Below, piece by piece: positions 62,085-64,000 of a stretch of 64,000 bases of DNA. This DNA comes from Octopus sinensis (Eukaryota), in NCBI RefSeq assembly GCF_006345805.1, contig NC_043012.1, positions 34,968,001-35,032,000 of the forward strand, in the 5' to 3' direction. The notes beneath the pieces are model-generated. The model saw only the letters and a list, made by a program, of their open reading frames with translations, did not search any database and had not been told where the DNA came from. The first letter of the stretch is position 1. Each line of letters opens with the position of its first letter. A program made the position numbers and the translations under genes.

Positions 62085-62570
62085 GTGTCAGTAAGTGTGA
62101 TATCCCAGACAAGGCATCTGACTCGCGCCCAGGGCCACAGGGTAACGCTGTCAGATCTTTAATCCAGACGGTTCCAAGATGGAGGGGATGTTTGCCCGGG
62201 CCAAGCTCCTCTTGAGTATCCGGTTCAACTCCGTATGATGCACGAAGCAACCCGCATTCAGGCACCCAGAGAGACCATGGAGGCCTGTGGAGTGGAGGAG
62301 CTTGCCACAACGATAGATCAAACCCGTGCATACGTAAGCTCCCACTCTGAGGGCAACGGAGACACGAAGTTCGTCCAAGCTGAGAAGGACACCAACCATT
62401 AGCCACAGGGATGGCATCAATCCAGTCACGCGAGTATTTGGCGCTAGCAGACAATAAGCGGCACCTTGAAAACTGGTCTGACTGGATGAAGAGGGAGTCG
62501 AAGGTGGCCTTCGAAATTATGTTGTTCCGAGTTTTCTGACTCCGACAGTCCTCCACCTTCACGGGAGCAG
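62085..62570 (-). mobile_element. CRE-like non-LTR retrotransposon C-terminal fragment (CCHC-like motif plus restriction-like endonuclease)
   Basis: ORFs 62062..62610 and 62151..62429: DWIDAIP..LRVSVALRVG..RCG..GLHGLS..HHTELNRILKRSL..LEPSGL..RSDSVTLWPW..LVWDIT. Confidence 0.72.
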
Positions 62571-62695
62571 AGAAGCCCAATTCCCTCCTTGTGTACATAT
62601 ACATACACACTCTTATATATATTTATATATATATATAATATAATATGATATAATATATTATAAATAATATATAAATATATGCATATATACATACA

Positions 62696-63080
62696 CTAGC
62701 AGTATCGCCCGGCGTTGCTCAGGTTTGTAAGGGAAATAACTATAAAGCATTTTTAGAGAGTTATAGCCAAAAAGTAGCAAAAAAATGGAAAAAAATTATG
62801 GTAAATTTTTTTTTGATAGTTAAAAAAGGTGGAGTTGCGTCCCCTACACAGTTTGTGGTTTGTGTTCCTGATTCTCGACCCCATGTCGAATTTATCGATT
62901 TTTTTCAGAACTGGGGGAACTTTTCAAAATTTTCGCTGCGTTAGTTTTGAATTATGACATTGGGCTATGTGTGTGTCAAGTTTCATCAGAATCGGTTGAA
63001 AGCCGTGGTCAGGGTGAGGGTACAAGCAAACAGACACACAGAAACACGCACAGACAAACTGCCGTTTATATAGAGAGAGA
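62696..63080 (-). mobile_element. Non-autonomous Helitron
   Basis: A|TC start at 63080, same hairpin and CTAG|T end as 24967. Confidence 0.8.
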
Positions 63081-63562
63081 TATATGTACATACCTACATA
63101 TATATGCATATATACATACATATATGGGCACAGGACATAGAAACGTGGAACACAATGAGAAACGAAGACATAAAAGCGAAAACAAAAACATAGAAACGAA
63201 CTATTTTTAAACAAAGAAAAAAAATAGAGTACAAGGCATACAACACAAGGAATATTCCCCTTCTTCAGTTGTTCCTGTTTCATCTTCTCCGCGTATCGAA
63301 TGTAAGGACAAAACGCGACATCGTTGAAACAGTCCTTTTCTCAGAGCGAATTAAATAAAATTTAGAATTTTTTGCGGAGGGTATATATATATATATAGTG
63401 ACGTATTTTTGCCATTTCAATATGGCTAACCCCTAAGGGTGGATGCTACTGTAGTTTTTAGCCCCAGGAGGACACACTCCTCCAGCTGGCCATAGACACA
63501 CTTTCTGTGTCCTGTCAGTATTTGCAAAGGGAAGTCATCCTTCCCGTCTTCAACTTATGATA

Positions 63563-63607
63563 CACGCGGACTCGAGTTTCGAGGTATTGACCTCTCGTCA
63601 GCGTGTG
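63563..63607 (-). ncRNA. Minimal type I hammerhead ribozyme, tandem unit 1
   Basis: Minus strand reads CACACG-CUGACGA-GAGG(UCAAUA)CCUC-GAAA-CUCGAG-UC/CGCGUG; one stem I mismatch; predicted cleavage 3' of C at 63569. Confidence 0.85.
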
Positions 63608-63914
63608 ACAATCATAGTTGTCGCCGAGAATTAGATTTCCTTCACAAATACTTATACTTTTTCCAGCGCCCACTGTCGCTGATATTGAAAAAGTGAAATC
63701 AAACAATGATAAATATCAAAGTGAGTTATATACAGTAGCGGTAACACGTCGTGACGTATTTTTGCCATTTCAATATGGCTAACCCCTAAGGGGGATGCTA
63801 CTGTAGTTTTTAGCCCCAGGAGGACACACTCCTCCAGCTGGCCATAGACACACTTTCTGTGTCCTGTCAGTATTTGCAAAGGGAAGTCATCCTTCCCGTC
63901 TTCAACTTATGATA

Positions 63915-63959
63915 CACACGGACTCGAGTTTCGAGGTATTGACCTCTCGTCAGCGTGTG
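63915..63959 (-). ncRNA. Minimal type I hammerhead ribozyme, tandem unit 2 (perfect)
   Basis: Same as unit 1 but with a perfect 6-bp stem I (CACACG/CGUGUG); GUC triplet, predicted cleavage 3' of C at 63921. Confidence 0.88.
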
Positions 63960-64000
63960 ACAATCATAGTTGTCGCCGAGAATTAGATTTCCTTCACAAA

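Larger units (their letters stand above)
63398..64000 (-). repeat. 352-353-bp tandem repeat, one hammerhead per unit; runs off the window
   Basis: gtgacgtatttttgcc recurs at 63398 and 63751; only one 1-nt indel and one substitution seen over the ~250 bp compared. Confidence 0.95.

Noticed and set aside
63515-63879. Short ORFs in the hammerhead tandem unit
   Set aside because: 63-75 aa with no recognisable motif, and a 1-nt indel between units breaks frame conservation

Overview
AT-rich, repeat-dense eukaryotic genomic DNA, most likely octopus (inferred from the SINE families and the microsatellite/repeat landscape). One real gene was found: ULK3 (Ser/Thr kinase with MIT domains) on the minus strand. 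Eleven coding exons were read by hand from the ATG at 51773 down to 1697 (1209 nt, 403 codons, all GT-AG, phases consistent); the gene continues off the left edge. Upstream of ULK3 lies a decayed Asteroid/ASTE1-like (XPG/PIN nuclease family) pseudogene. The rest is transposon debris: several SINE families, RTE, CR1, CRE-like, Penelope-like and Gypsy retroelements, mariner, Tc1 and Tigger fragments, MITEs with TTAA, TA, 8-bp and 9-bp target duplications, and non-autonomous Helitrons. The main non-obvious finding is a set of minimal type I hammerhead ribozyme motifs with palindromic stem III. These are a ~99% identical 352-353-bp tandem repeat at the right edge with one hammerhead per unit (retrozyme/circRNA-like), an inverted pair in ULK3 intron 1, a single motif in intron 3 and one degenerate motif. 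Long near-perfect hairpins also sit next to ULK3 exons 2 and 3. Repeat boundaries without a stated TSD are approximate, and no database searches or folding programs were run.
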